A stretch of 64,000 bases of DNA, from positions 61,752,001-61,816,000 of the forward strand of contig OX597824.1 in NCBI GenBank assembly GCA_951406725.2. The letters run 5' to 3'. The DNA is from Octopus vulgaris. Taxonomy: Eukaryota. The notes under the pieces were generated by a model that made no database searches, was not told the DNA's origin, and saw only the letters and a list, made by a program, of their open reading frames with translations. Shown piece after piece: positions 1-11,380 of the stretch. Position 1 is the first letter of the stretch. Each line of letters opens with the position of its first letter. The position numbers and the translations under genes are program-made.

Positions 1-1960
1 CTTCACATTAACAGCCTGAAGTTTGCTTTTGAAGGTTTATGTCTCGAATATTTGCCACGCTGCAACTCCCCGAAAAACAACTGCTTTGGCAACCTGTCAT
101 CCTGCATCCTTGCACGGTACCCAACCCAACGCATCTTGATTGCGTATAAAGATCATTTAAATACTGGTGTCTGGTGTTAAAGACTTCCATTTCATGTCTA
201 GTGTCATCTTGAGGCAAGTATTATGGAATCTTTCTAAAGCATTGATGTGGGGCCCATATGTCGTCCAGATCTTAGAAGAGTACAGAACGATCGTTAAAAT
301 GCAAGATTCATAGATACTAAGCTTGGTTTTGAAGGTGATACCGCTATCAGACCACACACGATTTTCAAGACTTCCAAATGCTTTGTTGGCTTTTTCAATT
401 CGCAGGTTTATTTCAGAATCAAAGGATCCATCTCTAGAGAGAGTGCTGCCAAGGTAGATGAACGAGTCAACCACATCTAACATTGTACCCTGGACAAAGA
501 TGTTAGGTTCCACAAAGAGTTGGGCTGGTGGCTGAGAAAACATGATCCTTGTTTTCTTTAGACTGATGGTAAGATCAAAATCAATATACGCTCTAGAGAA
601 AAGATTCAATATAGCCTGCATGTCTTCCTCTGCAATGAGAACCACATCATCAGCATAAAGGAACTCTCGAACAAGGGCCTGAAGTGTCTTCGACTTTGCA
701 TTAAAGCGTTTAACAACAAATACCATACCTGTGGTTCTGAGGCGAATATAGACGCCGATACCACAGTCTTGGAAACCGTGCAAGATAGTTACAACAGAAT
801 ATATGGCAAAAAGTGTTGGAGCAGCAATAGCACATTTTTTAACTCCGATAGTGAACCAGTGAAATTAAGACGAGCTTTCATATCACTATGAAGTTGCTTA
901 AACAAGTTAACGAATTGAGGCAGACATCCAACATTACTAAGAATGGTCCAGAGAACGCTCCTATTAACAGTGTCTAATGCTTTAGTTAAACTGACAAATA
1001 GCTGGTAAAGTGCTCTGCGATGTATTTCTTTACTACCCACAAGGGGCTAAACATAGAGGGGACAAACAAGGACAGACAAAGGAATTAAGTCGATTACATC
1101 GACTCCAGTGGGAAACTGGTACTTTATTTATCGACCCCGAAAGAATGAAAGGCAAAGTCGACCTCGGCGGAATTGGAACTCAGAACGTAACGACAGACGA
1201 AATACGGCTATGTATTTCGCCCGGCGATGGTCGATGCATATCTCCTGGAGTTGACGAGCAGAAAAAAATCATGTCCATAGTGCCACGACTTGATCTAAAA
1301 CCACACTGACTCTCCGGGATAACAGAGATGGGTATATTCGTATTGCTACCTCATAAAGTAAAAGTTTTTCAAAAACCTTGCCGAGTATTTCAATCAGGCT
1401 TATACCTCTGTAATTGCCACATTCGGATTTGGATCCTTTCCCTTTGAAGAATGAAATTAAAATGGCATCAACCCAATCCTGGGGAACAGCAGCTGTCAGA
1501 TATTAGATGGAAGATCTCCAAGGAGGAAAATTTCAACAGGAATACCGTCAATACCTGGTGCCTTCCCAGTATTTAATTCTTTGATTGTTTTTTTGATCTC
1601 ATCTAGAGTTGGATGTTCCATCATTTCATAAATGATATTCTTTTCGGGCAGATTACTGAAGACATTTTTATCGATAACTGAAGGATTATAAAAGAGATCA
1701 GTGAAGTACTCAGTCCAACGTTTCATGATACCCTCATGATCCTTGAAGAGAAAGCAGCTGTCTTTAGACTTGAGTGGTATCACAAATGAATACTGAAGAC
1801 CTAACACTTGTCCGATCAAGTGATATACTGTTTTCAGGTCTTTACAGATATACGCTCTGGGGATTTTTTCAGAAATACCTGTCCACCATTTGTACTTCAT
1901 TTGTCGTATTTTTCTTTGGAGTAAATTTAATTTATCGTCTACTAGAAAAGCTCCTGTTGG
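1..1960 (-). mobile_element. RTE-clade non-LTR retrotransposon, degenerate RT region (runs off the window start)
   Basis: Minus-strand fragments in the expected order: GKAPGIDGIPVE (ORF 1496-1900), LTKALDTVNR (789-1040), FLYADD...FIYLGS (157-783), and RMQDDRLPKQLFFGEL near 60-130. Multiple stops and frameshifts. Confidence 0.9.
1023..1226 (-). mobile_element. 5'-truncated tRNA-derived SINE (Meta/MESC-like core) inserted in the RTE element
   Basis: Reverse complement of the units at 42575-42800 and 59030-59260 (GGTCGACTTTGCCTTTCAT...GGGGTCGATAAAT). Flanked by GCGATG at 1017-1022 and 1224-1229, a probable TSD. Confidence 0.85.
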
Positions 1961-2139
1961 GCGGTCTTTCTGCCAGTAAAATAAATGAAATGTTATATAT
2001 GTAATGAATTTGAAAATAACACCATAATTTGATTATGATGGAGGAACAATTTTTTTCTAGTTGTGTTTCCCATTGTTGAGTAGCGAAGAAAAGGATTGAA
2101 TGGGGACTAAAATGGGGATTAAAATGGAAAATTGCTTAC

Positions 2140-2530
2140 TTGCTTCGGTCAATTGACTGCGGCCATGTTGGATCACTGCCTTGAACGGTTTAGTCGAATA
2201 AATCGACCATAGGACTTATTTTTCAAAGCAAAGTATACTTATTCTGTCAGTTCTTTTGCTAAATTGCTACTTTACGCAGACGTAAGCACACCAACACCTG
2301 ATGTGAAGCGGTGGTAGGGGAACAAACACAAGCACAAACACACACACACACACATACATACAAATAGAACTGGCATTTTTTCAGTTTCCGTCTATTAAAT
2401 CTACTCACAAGGCTTTGGTCGCCCCGAGACTATAACAGAAGCCACTTGCCCGAGGTACCACTCAGTCAGATTGAACCCGGAACCATGTGCTTGGGAAGCA
2501 AGCTTCTTACCACACAACTACGCCTTCGCC
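2140..2530 (-). mobile_element. tRNA-derived SINE, CORE-like family (octopus OR/OK type)
   Basis: Homologous to 59728-60130 and 30918-31300. Minus strand has a B-box-like GGGTTCAATC and a CORE-like GGGCAAGTG. Confidence 0.85.
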
Positions 2531-3224
2531 TTTATATAAAAAAGAACATACTTTAACTTGTTTTAATTTGAAATGTGTTAAATGTGTCCTTTCATAAACA
2601 TGGGTTATCGATTGTGCATTATGTACATAAAAAGCAAATCACTTGAAAATTAATTTCTTTTGCATTTTATGACCGAAAATACATTGATGCAATAAATTAG
2701 TATTTGGTTAAGTAATTTACCAAATATCATATCCCTGAAAATGTTAGCATCATAACTAACGTTAAAATGTAGACACTTAATGATTGTTAAGTAATATGCG
2801 TCTATTAATTTTATGTTTTCTATTTAAATCAACAGCAATAGTTTAGCCGAGTTTTCTTTTTCTAAATGCCACACAAGCTGTAACGAAAATCGCTTTTCGA
2901 GAAACTTACCCATAAATAACTTAAAGAACTAACATAAATTTACATTAATATAACGCACGCGAAGTCGTAAAAGGACACATTAATTTAAGTTGCCATAATA
3001 TTCTACATCGCAGCAATTTTCCTCTCACTGACGAAGGAATTGGTTCAGTAATGAAGCATTCAAACCGATGTTTCAATATCGAATTATCAGAGGCATCTAC
3101 AGATATAAAAATTTACGACGTTTACCAAGTAATTTGTCTTGCTACAAAATCTCCACTGACTATTTTAAGTTTTAAGTTTTCTCTGTTGAAGTTCTGGCCT
3201 AAAAAAATTTTTCTTTTCGAGCCA

Positions 3225-3415
3225 TACCAGGCTCATAAGAGCCGGTTTCCTCGGTTTCAGTAGAAATTCCCTACCTCGACGAGACGCTGGTTTGGAGAAC
3301 ATGAAATTAAGTGTTTTGCTGCAGAATACAACGCATCGCCCGGTCCAGGAATCGAAATCACAACATTAAGATCATGAGTTCAACACCCTAACTACTAAGC
3401 CACGCTATTCCACGA
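3225..3415 (-). mobile_element. tRNA-derived SINE fragment (second family)
   Basis: Minus strand TGGCTTAGTAGTTAGGGTG...GATTTCGATTCCTGGACCGGGCG. Head is similar to 61175-61505 and 7525-7855. Confidence 0.75.
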
Positions 3416-3679
3416 AGTTTTGGCATATAGTTATAGTTAATTTCATTCAAGATTCTACTATACATTTTCAAACGAAGGAATTTAATATTTGGTGTTTTGG
3501 TGCGGCTAATAGTTTGCAGTTGTTCCATACTATTTTTCTTTTTCATGCTTACGATGATAAATTAATAGTTAATTTTACGTTCATCTCAAAATTAATATAT
3601 TCTAAAAAATGTACTGTTACTCATTTTATGTATTTCAACGTCTCTTTCTGCCTGTATTTCTCATTCATCTTCTTTCTCG

Positions 3680-3725
<46 letters not shown>

Positions 3726-3737
3726 GTGTGTGTGTTG

Positions 3738-3769
<32 letters not shown>

Positions 3770-3829
3770 GTATGTTAATAAGTATGAAAATGGAGAGATT
3801 CAATGGATATAAATTAATTTATTAATTTA

Positions 3830-3946
3830 CATTTTCTACAATTGTTTCGCTTCATACCCAAATTAAAATACAAAACGTATATAATAGTAATATAATATAA
3901 GTTTTCATTTTGATTATCCAGAGTGGAAGATCTTCAGAGCAAAATG
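3830..3946 (-). ncRNA. Degenerate type-I hammerhead ribozyme with a long stem-II loop
   Basis: Minus strand CATTTTGCT-CTGAAGA-TCTTC-(~75 nt)-GAAGC-GAAAC-AATT-GTA-GAAAATG, with palindromic stem III ACAATTGT. Confidence 0.55.
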
Positions 3947-4072
3947 GACATTGTAAAATTTACATTTTGATTAGTTGAAATACTCCAACAGACTTAGCAG
4001 ATGAAAGCGTGTATATTTTATGTGTGTGTGTGTGTACGTCGGCGCTAATATTTTTTATTTTATTTAAAATAC

Positions 4073-4119
<47 letters not shown>

Positions 4120-4121
<2 letters not shown>

Positions 4122-6640
4122 GCCATGGTCGGCGAACGAACAGTAAGAGAGAAATATGGTCGGCGAGCGAACAGCCAAAAAAAAGGAGTATGAAAATAAC
4201 AAACTCGGCATCTGAACAATTTTGGACCCCCATAACAACTGAAGAGGTCACCCAGGCACTGCAAAAACTAAGCAACTGGAAGGCACCTGGGCATGACAAG
4301 ATCACCAACTTCTGGTTGAAATATCTAACAGGAATGCACAAAAAGCTGGCTGAAAACTTTAACAGCATACTAGCAGAGCCAGAGACAATGCCTGAATGGC
4401 TCACGAAGGGGAAAACCATCTTAATTCCCAAATCAAATGAAACAACAAAACCAGAAAACTACAGACCAATAACCTGCCTCCCTACTATGTTCAAGGCATT
4501 TACTGCAGTGATATCGCAAAGGCTGAACAAGCAACTGGACGAAAACAAACTATTCCCAGAAGAGCAGAAAGGATGCCGCAAGGGCTCATATGGCTGTAAA
4601 GATCAACTAATGATTAATTAAGCCGTAACTGAAGACAGCCACAGAAAGAAGAAAGGACTCAGTATGGCCTGGATTAACTACAAAAAGGCGTTTGATAGCA
4701 TCCCCCACACATGGATCCTCGAAACACTAGCCATTAACAAAGTAGCACCAACAATCATAAAATTCATAGAGCACTCTATGAATAAATGGCAAACAGTCCT
4801 ACACCTCCAAACAAAAGAGGGACTCATGAAAACCAAAGACATCCCCATTAGAAGAGGAATATTCCAGGGAGACACGCTCTCTCCACTCCTTTTCTGCTTG
4901 GCACTGTCACCTCTATCTGATATGCTATATAGAACTGGATCCGGATATAAATGTTACGGCAAAACGATCAGCCACCTTTTATATATGGATGACCTAAAAC
5001 TATACGCTGCAAATGACAAACAGCTGGAAACACTATTAATGACAGTTCATGGATTTACCAAAGAAATAGATATGAAATTTGGATTAGAAAAATGCGCCAA
5101 AGTAACCATGAAAAGAGGAAAACTAGTTAAGAGTAACAACATCACACTAGATAAAACCAATGAAATAAAAGAATTAGACCAAAGCCACACTTACAAATAC
5201 TTATGAATCCATGAACTAGATAAGACACAACACACACAAATGAAAGAGAAAATAAAAAAAGAATATTATAGACGAGTTAGATCAATACTAAAAACAGAGC
5301 TCAATGCTAAAAACAAGATAATAGGTATCAACACTTTAGCTGTCCCAGTTATAAGTTACAGCTACAATATCCTTAACTGGACACGAAATGAACTGTCCAA
5401 AATAGATAGGAAAGCAAGAAAAATACTGACAGGATCTAGGATGCATCACCCAAAATCTGACATAGAAAGACTATATATACAACGTATAGAAGGTGGTAGA
5501 GGCCTTATACAGCTGGAAAACTAATATAAAATAACCACCATAGGACTGCAAAAATACCTACTTCAGAAGGAAGGAAAACTGATCCAGATAGCAGCAAAAC
5601 ACGAGCAAAACAAAAAACTGTTCTCAGTATTTAAGGAAGCTGACAAATACAAACAAGAAATCATACCACCTAATAAACACAAAGATAAAGAAGAAGATGA
5701 TGAAGAAACAACAAAAGCTATAAAACAAATGAAATCCAAACTAAAAATAGAACAGCAACGAGCCATGATAAAACGATGGCAAGAAAAGCCCTTCATGGTA
5801 AATACTGGACTAAACTAAACGCAAAAGAAATAGACAAAGAAAAATCCCAGCAATGGTTGAGAAGCTCAGGACTCAAAGCAGAAACAGAGGGATTTTTAAT
5901 TGCAGCACAACACCAAAGCCTCCCCACCAGAAATTACCAAAAACATGTAATGAAAAGAAATATTACAAGTAACTGCAGAATATGTGGAGATGGACAAGAA
6001 ACAATAAATCATATTATCTCTAGCTGCCCAGTCCTGGCTAAGAAGGAATATATTCACAGACATGGCAGAGTTGGAACCTACATACATTGGAAGCTATGCC
6101 AACATTATGGAATAACAACAGAAAAAAGATGGTATAGGCACACACCAGAAAAGGTCTCAGAAAACGAGAAAGCAACCATACTCTGGGATATGCCGATACA
6201 CACAGATAGAGAAATTAAGGCCAACAGACCAGATATAGTTGTCAGAGATCATTAAGAAAAAAAATGCTTTCTAATTGATGTATCAATACCGGCAGATGAC
6301 AACGTGTCTCTAAAAGAAATGGAGAAACTCTCAAAATACAAAGACCTGGAAATAGAGGTAACTAGAATGTGGAACCTGAAAACAGAAACAATTCCTATCA
6401 TAGTAGGTGCATTAGGCATGATAAAAAAATATTCAGACAAATACATAACAAAAACACCAGGACTTACAAACACATATAACATACAGAAAATTGCACTACT
6501 AGGCACTGCACACATCCTACGCAGAACACTTTCCATACAATAACCATCAGAGCATCACAACAAATCACAGCACATACCCAAGGCACACAGAGCTGCGCTC
6601 GGTAGTGAAGTGAAAGCACGCTATAAAAATAAAACTACTG
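4120..6640 (+). mobile_element. R4/Dong-clade RLE non-LTR retrotransposon, 5'-truncated; RT + CCHC knuckle + PD-(D/E)xK endonuclease pseudogene
   Basis: WKAPGHDKI, NYRPITCL, GIFQGDTLSPLLF, HLLYMDDLK, CRICG..ETINHIISSC and RPDIV..CFLIDVSIP motifs. ORF ends at 6543 with a short 3' UTR. In-frame stops near 4619, 5204, 5522 and 6253, plus a frameshift near 5790. Flanked by (AAT)n on both sides. Confidence 0.93.
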
Positions 6641-7524
6641 AATAATAATAATAATAATAATAATGAATTAAAGAATATAAGAATAAAAATAAAGGATAAA
6701 AATAATGATTAATAATAAATAACAAAAAAATAATGAAATATATTGATAATAAAAATAAAAAATGAAATAAAAGTTTTTTTTTACATAGATGTCCATGGTT
6801 CATTTTGGTTTATGTATGAGTATATGTTCGTGCGTTTAAATGTGTTTATCTACGTATGTTTACTACTTAAGTTAATCTGTTTGTACGTATGTTTGTCGGC
6901 ATAAGGTTATTGAATACAAGTATGGATGACATAATTTATGTATGTGTGTGTGTGAGCGCGTTTATACATCGTTACTGCTTATGTTGCTTTCTACGTGCAT
7001 AAGTTTCTATATATATTAGTAAAAGGTTACCGAATATTTCTATAACTTGATATGCATTTATAAGTATGAATATCCCAAGCCCATTTCAGTGTATGTATGA
7101 TTATTTGTATATAGACGTTTGCTGTTAAAAGTCGTTGACTTATGTGTGTGTGTGTGTATGTTAGTAAATGTGTTATGAAGTCAAATCAGTTTGTTAATAT
7201 ACATATATATTCCCTTATATATCTAATATATGAAAACTTCAATCATAAAAGTCAATCATAATTCTTATATGAAACAATAGGATAATTAGTAAAGTAATTA
7301 TATTTGTATTTAGTTATTGATTCCTATTTCATTCTATATAACTTTATATGTATAAGTGGGTGTCATAGAGAACACATATATGGATATAGGCTTACGTTAT
7401 ATTCATAAAAGATATAGTGAGTGTATTACGTCAAGATTGGTGCTATTTGTAGATTTATATTTGCATCTAAAATAAAGGTCAATACTCAACATTATTATTA
7501 AATTGATATTTAAGTATTAGATTA

Positions 7525-7855
7525 AAAGGAGCACTACGTCGGTTTCGACGACAAGGGTTCCAGCTGATACGATCAACGGAACAGCTTGCTCTTGAAATTG
7601 ACCTGCAGGAGGCTGAGAACTTCACAGACACATGTTCTCTTAACGTAGTTCTCAGGGAGATTTAGAATTACACAAAGTATGACAAGGCTGGCCCTTTGAC
7701 ATACAGGTACTATTCATTATTGCCAGCTGAATGGACTGGAGCAACATGAAATGAAGTGTCTTGCTCAAGAGCGCAAAGCGTCGCCAGGAATTGAACTCAC
7801 GACCTTACGATTATGAGTGGAATACCCTAACCACTAAGCCACGCGCCTTCACGAG
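7525..7855 (-). mobile_element. tRNA-derived SINE
   Basis: Minus strand GGCGCGTGGCTTAGTGGTTAGGG...GTGAGTTCAATTCC...TCTTGAGCAAGACAC, with A and B boxes. Confidence 0.85.
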
Positions 7856-8149
7856 TATTACATAGTATAATACATACTATATATTATTCATATTTATATT
7901 ATGTTTACCCCATGTTTGGTTCTTAAGTTATACTTATATTATGCTTTTATCATTAATGCTTATATTTCATTCTTATTCCTTAAATTTTATTAAATTTCTA
8001 AAATATACTTTGGTTAATTGTAACTAGTTAAAATATTCACTCATCTTAAGTTAATTAATTTGTGTTTAAATATTAAATATTACAATTATTATATATTATG
8101 CCTATATTTTTAATGCTCAGTTTTGTAATTTATTATTTATTTATTAATT

Positions 8150-10800
8150 AAATCTTCTAAAAATATACCTCGTGTAGTGACAACAAGCTGAAATATTCTC
8201 TTTCCTAGAGTTAAGCAATCTATGTTTGTCTTTTATTATCAGAAAAATTTCTTCTGTACTTAATCGACACCTACTATCCGAAATTTGATAAGCTCTGACA
8301 GGGTATACAACCTCCAATTTAATCTTATTATTTTCCCCAGTACCTTTTAAGATGTATATACATTTGCTGAGACTGGTTTTGTTGATGTTAGGCCTATTTC
8401 TAAAAGAACTTTCATGGTTCGCTTTTCTCCGTTAAAATGGAGCTTCGATCGAATCTATGTAATTGTATATTTCGTTTCAGATTCAACTACATACCAGGTT
8501 ATGTTGTTTACAATTATTATTAAGCTGAACATTTTCTTTAATCCTACAATCACATTTTTTATTAACATACAATTCTTACGTTCATTATTTCTATTATTTT
8601 CATTTTGATCATTAACATTATTATTATTCATATTATATGGTTTAGAAAGGGAATCAATGTGGGTTACTTACAATAAATTTTGTTAACATTATTTTTACTT
8701 AAATTTCGATTGCTATTAAAAACATCTAATTTTCTATTATTAATTGAGGATATAATTTCTAAAAGATTCATGGATAAGGAATGGCCAAGTTTTATAGATT
8801 TAGAATTAATATACCTGTTATCTTTATTTAAATGGTTATGAATTAATGGATAAAAGGATTTGATTATGTTGCTTTTGATTTGACTTGCAACAAAGATGAT
8901 AAACCACAAAGTATTGGTTTTATTTGGGCAATTATAATGAATATTAGATTTATCAGAAGTTGTACAATTTCTATTAATATTATATTTACGATTATAAGTA
9001 TTATCATATAAGTTATGAATGCTTTAACATTTTATTTTATTACATTTTTTATTCCCGTCTTTATTATTACCATATTTAGCATCAGATTTCATGAGTTTAC
9101 TATCAAATTTAGCATATATTTTTTACAATTTTTTTTTATTATTCCTCATATTTCTAAAACTTTGATCATTTATCATAAGGTTTATATAATCATTTTTCAT
9201 TTTTCTATCTATATTTTCTTTCTTTATCTTATCTGTAGTTTCAATCGACTAAGTTCATATTATATTAGGGTTACTCTTTATTTTATCTTCACTATTTTCA
9301 TTAAGTATGTATGCATTGGGTCTATAACATTTTATTTTATGCTTATATCCTGCTTTATTAAGTGCATTATTATAGAAATTAGCAATTCTATAGATCTCTT
9401 CATTATACGAAAGATAAGTTAGTATCTTTTCTATATTTTTAATTAATGTTTTTTATTGGTTTTGGATGATTATTTAGACTATTAATATATCTGAGATTCG
9501 TATTTGGCTTATGATATGGTTCATATCTACTAGTTGTAAGATTAAAGTTAACATCTTAAAAATTGACCGCGTTATATTCCTTTTCAATTTAAATTGAAAG
9601 ACCATAATCTTTAAAGAACTTATGCAATTTTTTGTATAACGTTCCAGTTTCATATTCGATGCGGCTTTATATAGAAGCAGCACATTATCCCTATTATCCC
9701 ATAATTTCAAGAAATTCATTGTTTAAGTTATATGGAATGCATATGTCTACTAGGCCCGTCACCTAGGCAGAATCCGCGGACCACATGGTTATGTCAAATT
9801 AATTATAGGACTCGTTTCTATTATCAAACTTAATTATTGATTTTCTGTTAACATGACTATAGCAACTTTCATATTTTAGTGTATTTCTGTTAGCGAAAAT
9901 GATAGCCTTATTTAGTATTATAGGATTAATAGAGGAATAATAGTTGTGAATATTTACTTTTAAGAATTAAAATTTATATTTGTTAACAATAGTGTTGAAC
10001 AAAAGTTCTAATTTAATCTTTTTCTGAAGTATAGGTATGTATTTATCAAAAATATGCTTACCTAATATACCGATGCCAGATTTTCCGGGGATTATTATTC
10101 TACCTTTAGGGTTAGTTTGGAAATTTTCTTTATGGTCTTTCGAGGTCATTCGAGGTCTTTTAGGAATGAATGGCTCAATCCTGTCATCAAATCTACATTC
10201 CGACATTATTTTCTTAGATTCTAAGTTAATCAATCTTAACACATTCTTATTTACTACTTTAAAGCTTTTGTAATTTCATTCACAAGAATTTCATGAATAC
10301 TTTGTTCTTTTGAGTTCCAGGATTACAGATTTCAGTTTCCCTAAATGTGAATTCCTTCTAAGTGGATATTTCTGAAACTTAATCGTTTTGTATTGTCCAT
10401 AGCTCATCTTCAAATTGTCCAAGATGACGGTTAGTTGGCGGGAATTTCCTAGTTTTTAAATTTTCCTTCGGTTGTTCTGTCTCCTAGCCCCTAGTTGACG
10501 TTTTATTATCCGACTTCCCGTCAAAATGTAAGGGCTTCTATCTGAGTCTATGTATGAATTCCGTAGTTTTTATTATCTAGATCTTTATGTACTCCTTCTT
10601 AGGCGGAATTGGTATCTCCTTTAAGGATATATTCATTTGCTTCTTCTCTATTTTCCGGTGTAATCCTATTATTTATTATGTATGTAATAACGTAGTTTTC
10701 TTATAATTCACTATGAGCATATTTAAATCTCTTATAGGGATAGCATTATCCAAGATAACTTGGTATAATATAGTATATTTTGAAGAGATATTTCTTCAAT
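8150..10800 (-). mobile_element. Penelope-like element body (RT + GIY-YIG), heavily degenerate
   Basis: KDHKENFQTNPKGRII.PGKSGIG (ORF 9967-10242), FDITM.S.D.A (~9780), NRDN at the YRDD-equivalent position (~9690), NNHPK (~9460), and GIY-YIG-like C-terminal motifs NHESSF..TSLSK..IKLEV..RCRLS.EE (8240-8520). Confidence 0.85.
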
Positions 10801-10841
10801 AAATATATTATAAAACATCAAATATTATTAAAATTGTTTGG

Positions 10842-11133
10842 GAATGAAGAGATTCGATGGATATAAATTGATCTATTAATTAATTAACATTACCTACAAT
10901 TGTTTCACTTCACACACAATTCAAATTACAAAACATATATAATGATATAAGTTTGCATTTTGAGTATCCTGGATAGAAGGTTCCGGGCAAAATGGAAATT
11001 TCAGAGTTTACATTTTGATCAGCTGAAATGCTCCAACAGACTAAGCAGATGAAAGCGTGTTTATTGTTTGTGTGTGCTCGTGTATATGTGTGTGTGTCCG
11101 CATGCGTTAATATCTTTGTTTTTATTTAATTGC

Positions 11134-11169
<36 letters not shown>

Positions 11170-11380
11170 TGTTTAAAGGATATAAGAATAAAAATAAAGA
11201 TTAAAAAGGAAGATTAATAAAAAATAATGAATATAATGAGGTATCATAATAATAAAAATAAACAAAATAAAAATGAAATAAAAGTTTTTTACAAAAAATG
11301 GATGTTGTTTTATTTTGGTTTATGTGTGAGCATATATGTGTTTATATGTTTGCTCGCAACTGTATATACATATGTAAGTT
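10842..11380 (-). repeat. 5' pseudo-LTR of the same PLE, with intact (TAA)n and a decayed hammerhead remnant (10888-10994)
   Basis: Direct repeat of 3786-4119 plus 6641-6880. Retains GAAACAATTGTA-GGTAA on the minus strand. Confidence 0.8.

Larger units (their letters stand above)
3786..6880 (-). repeat. 3' pseudo-LTR of a Penelope-like element (3786-4119 plus 6641-~6880), split by the Dong-type LINE
   Basis: 3786-4119 aligns by eye with 10842-11169, and 6641-6830 aligns with 11135-11345, as diverged direct repeats. Confidence 0.8.

Noticed and set aside
3020-3095. CTGACGA followed by a hairpin, hammerhead-like
   Set aside because: No GAAA and no stem III recoverable.
5204-5206. In-frame TGA in the Dong ORF as possible readthrough
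   Set aside because: It sits at the conserved YKYLG glycine (GGA to TGA), and other stops and a frameshift show ordinary decay.
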